NCBI GenBank assembly: GCA_038087875.1
Contig: JAXLNO010002127.1
Coordinates: forward strand, 310,001-374,000
Direction: 5' to 3'
DNA: 64,000 bases
Origin: Malacoraja senta
Lineage: Eukaryota
The notes under the pieces are model-generated. The model saw only the letters and a program-made list of their open reading frames with translations, ran no database searches and was not told where the DNA came from. Shown here one piece after another: positions 62,433 to 64,000 of the stretch. The position numbers were made by a program, and so were the translations under genes. The first letter of the stretch is position 1. Each line of letters opens with the position of its first letter.

Positions 62433-64000
62433 AGTTTGAATGTAGAACTTCCATGTCTAAAAAATCCTGGTGATCACTTATGGCGTATCTACAACGTGCC
62501 AATTTTATGATATTTATCTAAATAGCAAGTCTTCTTATTTGTAAGCAAGGCTTCACTTGAATTTAACTACTATCTCGAAGTGCAATATCCGTGATTTAGG
62601 AGCATGTAAAATCTAAATGATTAAATTAAATTTTACCTATAACATTGCCCTATATAACAATCAAGATTTTGTATAAACGTTCATATTAATGTTAGATTTA
62701 GCTCTTAGGGCTAAGGGAAACAAGGGATATGGTGGAAAAAGCCAGAACGGGGTACTGATTTTGGATGATCAGCCATATTGAATGGCCTACCCCCGCACCT
62801 ATTTTCTATGTTTCAATGAATTGCATTAGCTGAGTCGAAATCAAGGTGGAGAAGGTTTAGGTGTTGGTAATTATATCTCCCAGCACCTAGACATAGGCTG
62901 GTTTAATACATCACCATGATCAGCCATGATCACATTGAATGGCTGGCTCGAAGGGCCAAATGGCCTACTCCTGCACCTATTGTCTATTGTCTATCACTGT
63001 TTTAAAGTCATACACAGTCCTTTGGTATAAAAGAAAAAGAATGAGCATTTATAAAATTCGAGTTGAGAAAGCACAGAGGTGATGGGTGACCGACACAAGA
63101 TTTGAATTGAAATAGGATTCAGCAGCAGAGTTTTGGGTGAAATCATGTTATGCAAGGCTGAAGCAGAGTGTTAAAATGGTCGATTGATGCAGCAAAAGCA
63201 TTAATTCAGGAGCAGATGAGCTGAATTGGAGTGGAGTGGTATGAAGTTAAGTTAATATGGGTAACAGAGCAAATACGTGATAAGATTGGATAGGATGTCA
63301 AGATTCGAATGGTCGGTTTTGGCCAGTCTGCCGGAATTGATGGCTGTGATTTGGAGTCTGAGCTGCAAACAAAGATTTTCGGTGTGGGACCGTCATTGCT
63401 TTCTTGGTCCTTCCTCACTCATCTGGTCTGATCGACTTCTGCCTTCACTCTGTGGAACATAGACGGGGATAGATGTACACAGGCGAATGATTTTATCTGC
63501 TTGTTCTCCATTAGCTCTAGTTTGTTGGAGTGCTTGTTTGACATCAGGTCAAGTACAACAAATGACAGCACAGTTTTATAATAAACCTTTTAGACAAAAC
63601 GTGGAATTGGTCATGGTTTGATATTAAAATTTGTCAGATTTTATAAATTAAACAAAGACCATTTATAGCTAAAATCATATTTCACAATGAATATATTCTA
63701 GATTTAATAACTGCTCTGGTCCAAAATGTGCTGCAACTGGGTATCTTTTCGTGTCGGCCAGTTGTGAGGTTCGTTTCGCTAACGTTGCAGAAACATCTCA
63801 CAAAGTTGCTGAAAGTGCAAGCCGGTAGCATAGCAAAACAAGAAAGGCAAGCAACTATGTATCTCCTTTTTCATCAAGATGAATAGACGAGTTAATTTAA
63901 GCTCCAAAATCTGTCACTGAGATTGAAACGGACAAAAAATAAATTGAGGACAAAAATGATATGAGCAAAAGTAATAATATAAAATTTAACATTTCTTAAA

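Overview
Eukaryotic, repeat-dense vertebrate DNA. The HE1-type V-SINEs, CR1 tails and Penelope-like repeats point to a cartilaginous fish, most likely a skate or ray. The + strand carries the last eight coding exons (4011-48526, about 477 aa) of a CNKSR2-like scaffold gene: PH domain, RRSWQDLIETPL region, C-terminal helical domain and PDZ-binding end ...HTHSFIETHV*. A repeat-free 3' UTR follows. A CpG island at about 58.7-59.4 kb holds the probable first exon (MASQ|gtgagc) of a second, unidentified + strand gene. Nearly all entries in the supplied ORF track are spurious or are retroelement fragments. The introns contain CR1, HE1 SINE, Rex/Babar, Vingi, Tx1, RTE-derived and DeuSINE fragments, three MITEs and a 5'-inverted L1. 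The most striking signal is about 30 copies of a Penelope-derived terminal repeat carrying a minimal hammerhead-ribozyme core (CTGAAGA-A-stem II-GAAA-CG-TH). Many copies are folded back into long palindromes, several are 150-210 bp units with their own target-site duplications, and two pieces have been amplified into tandem arrays.
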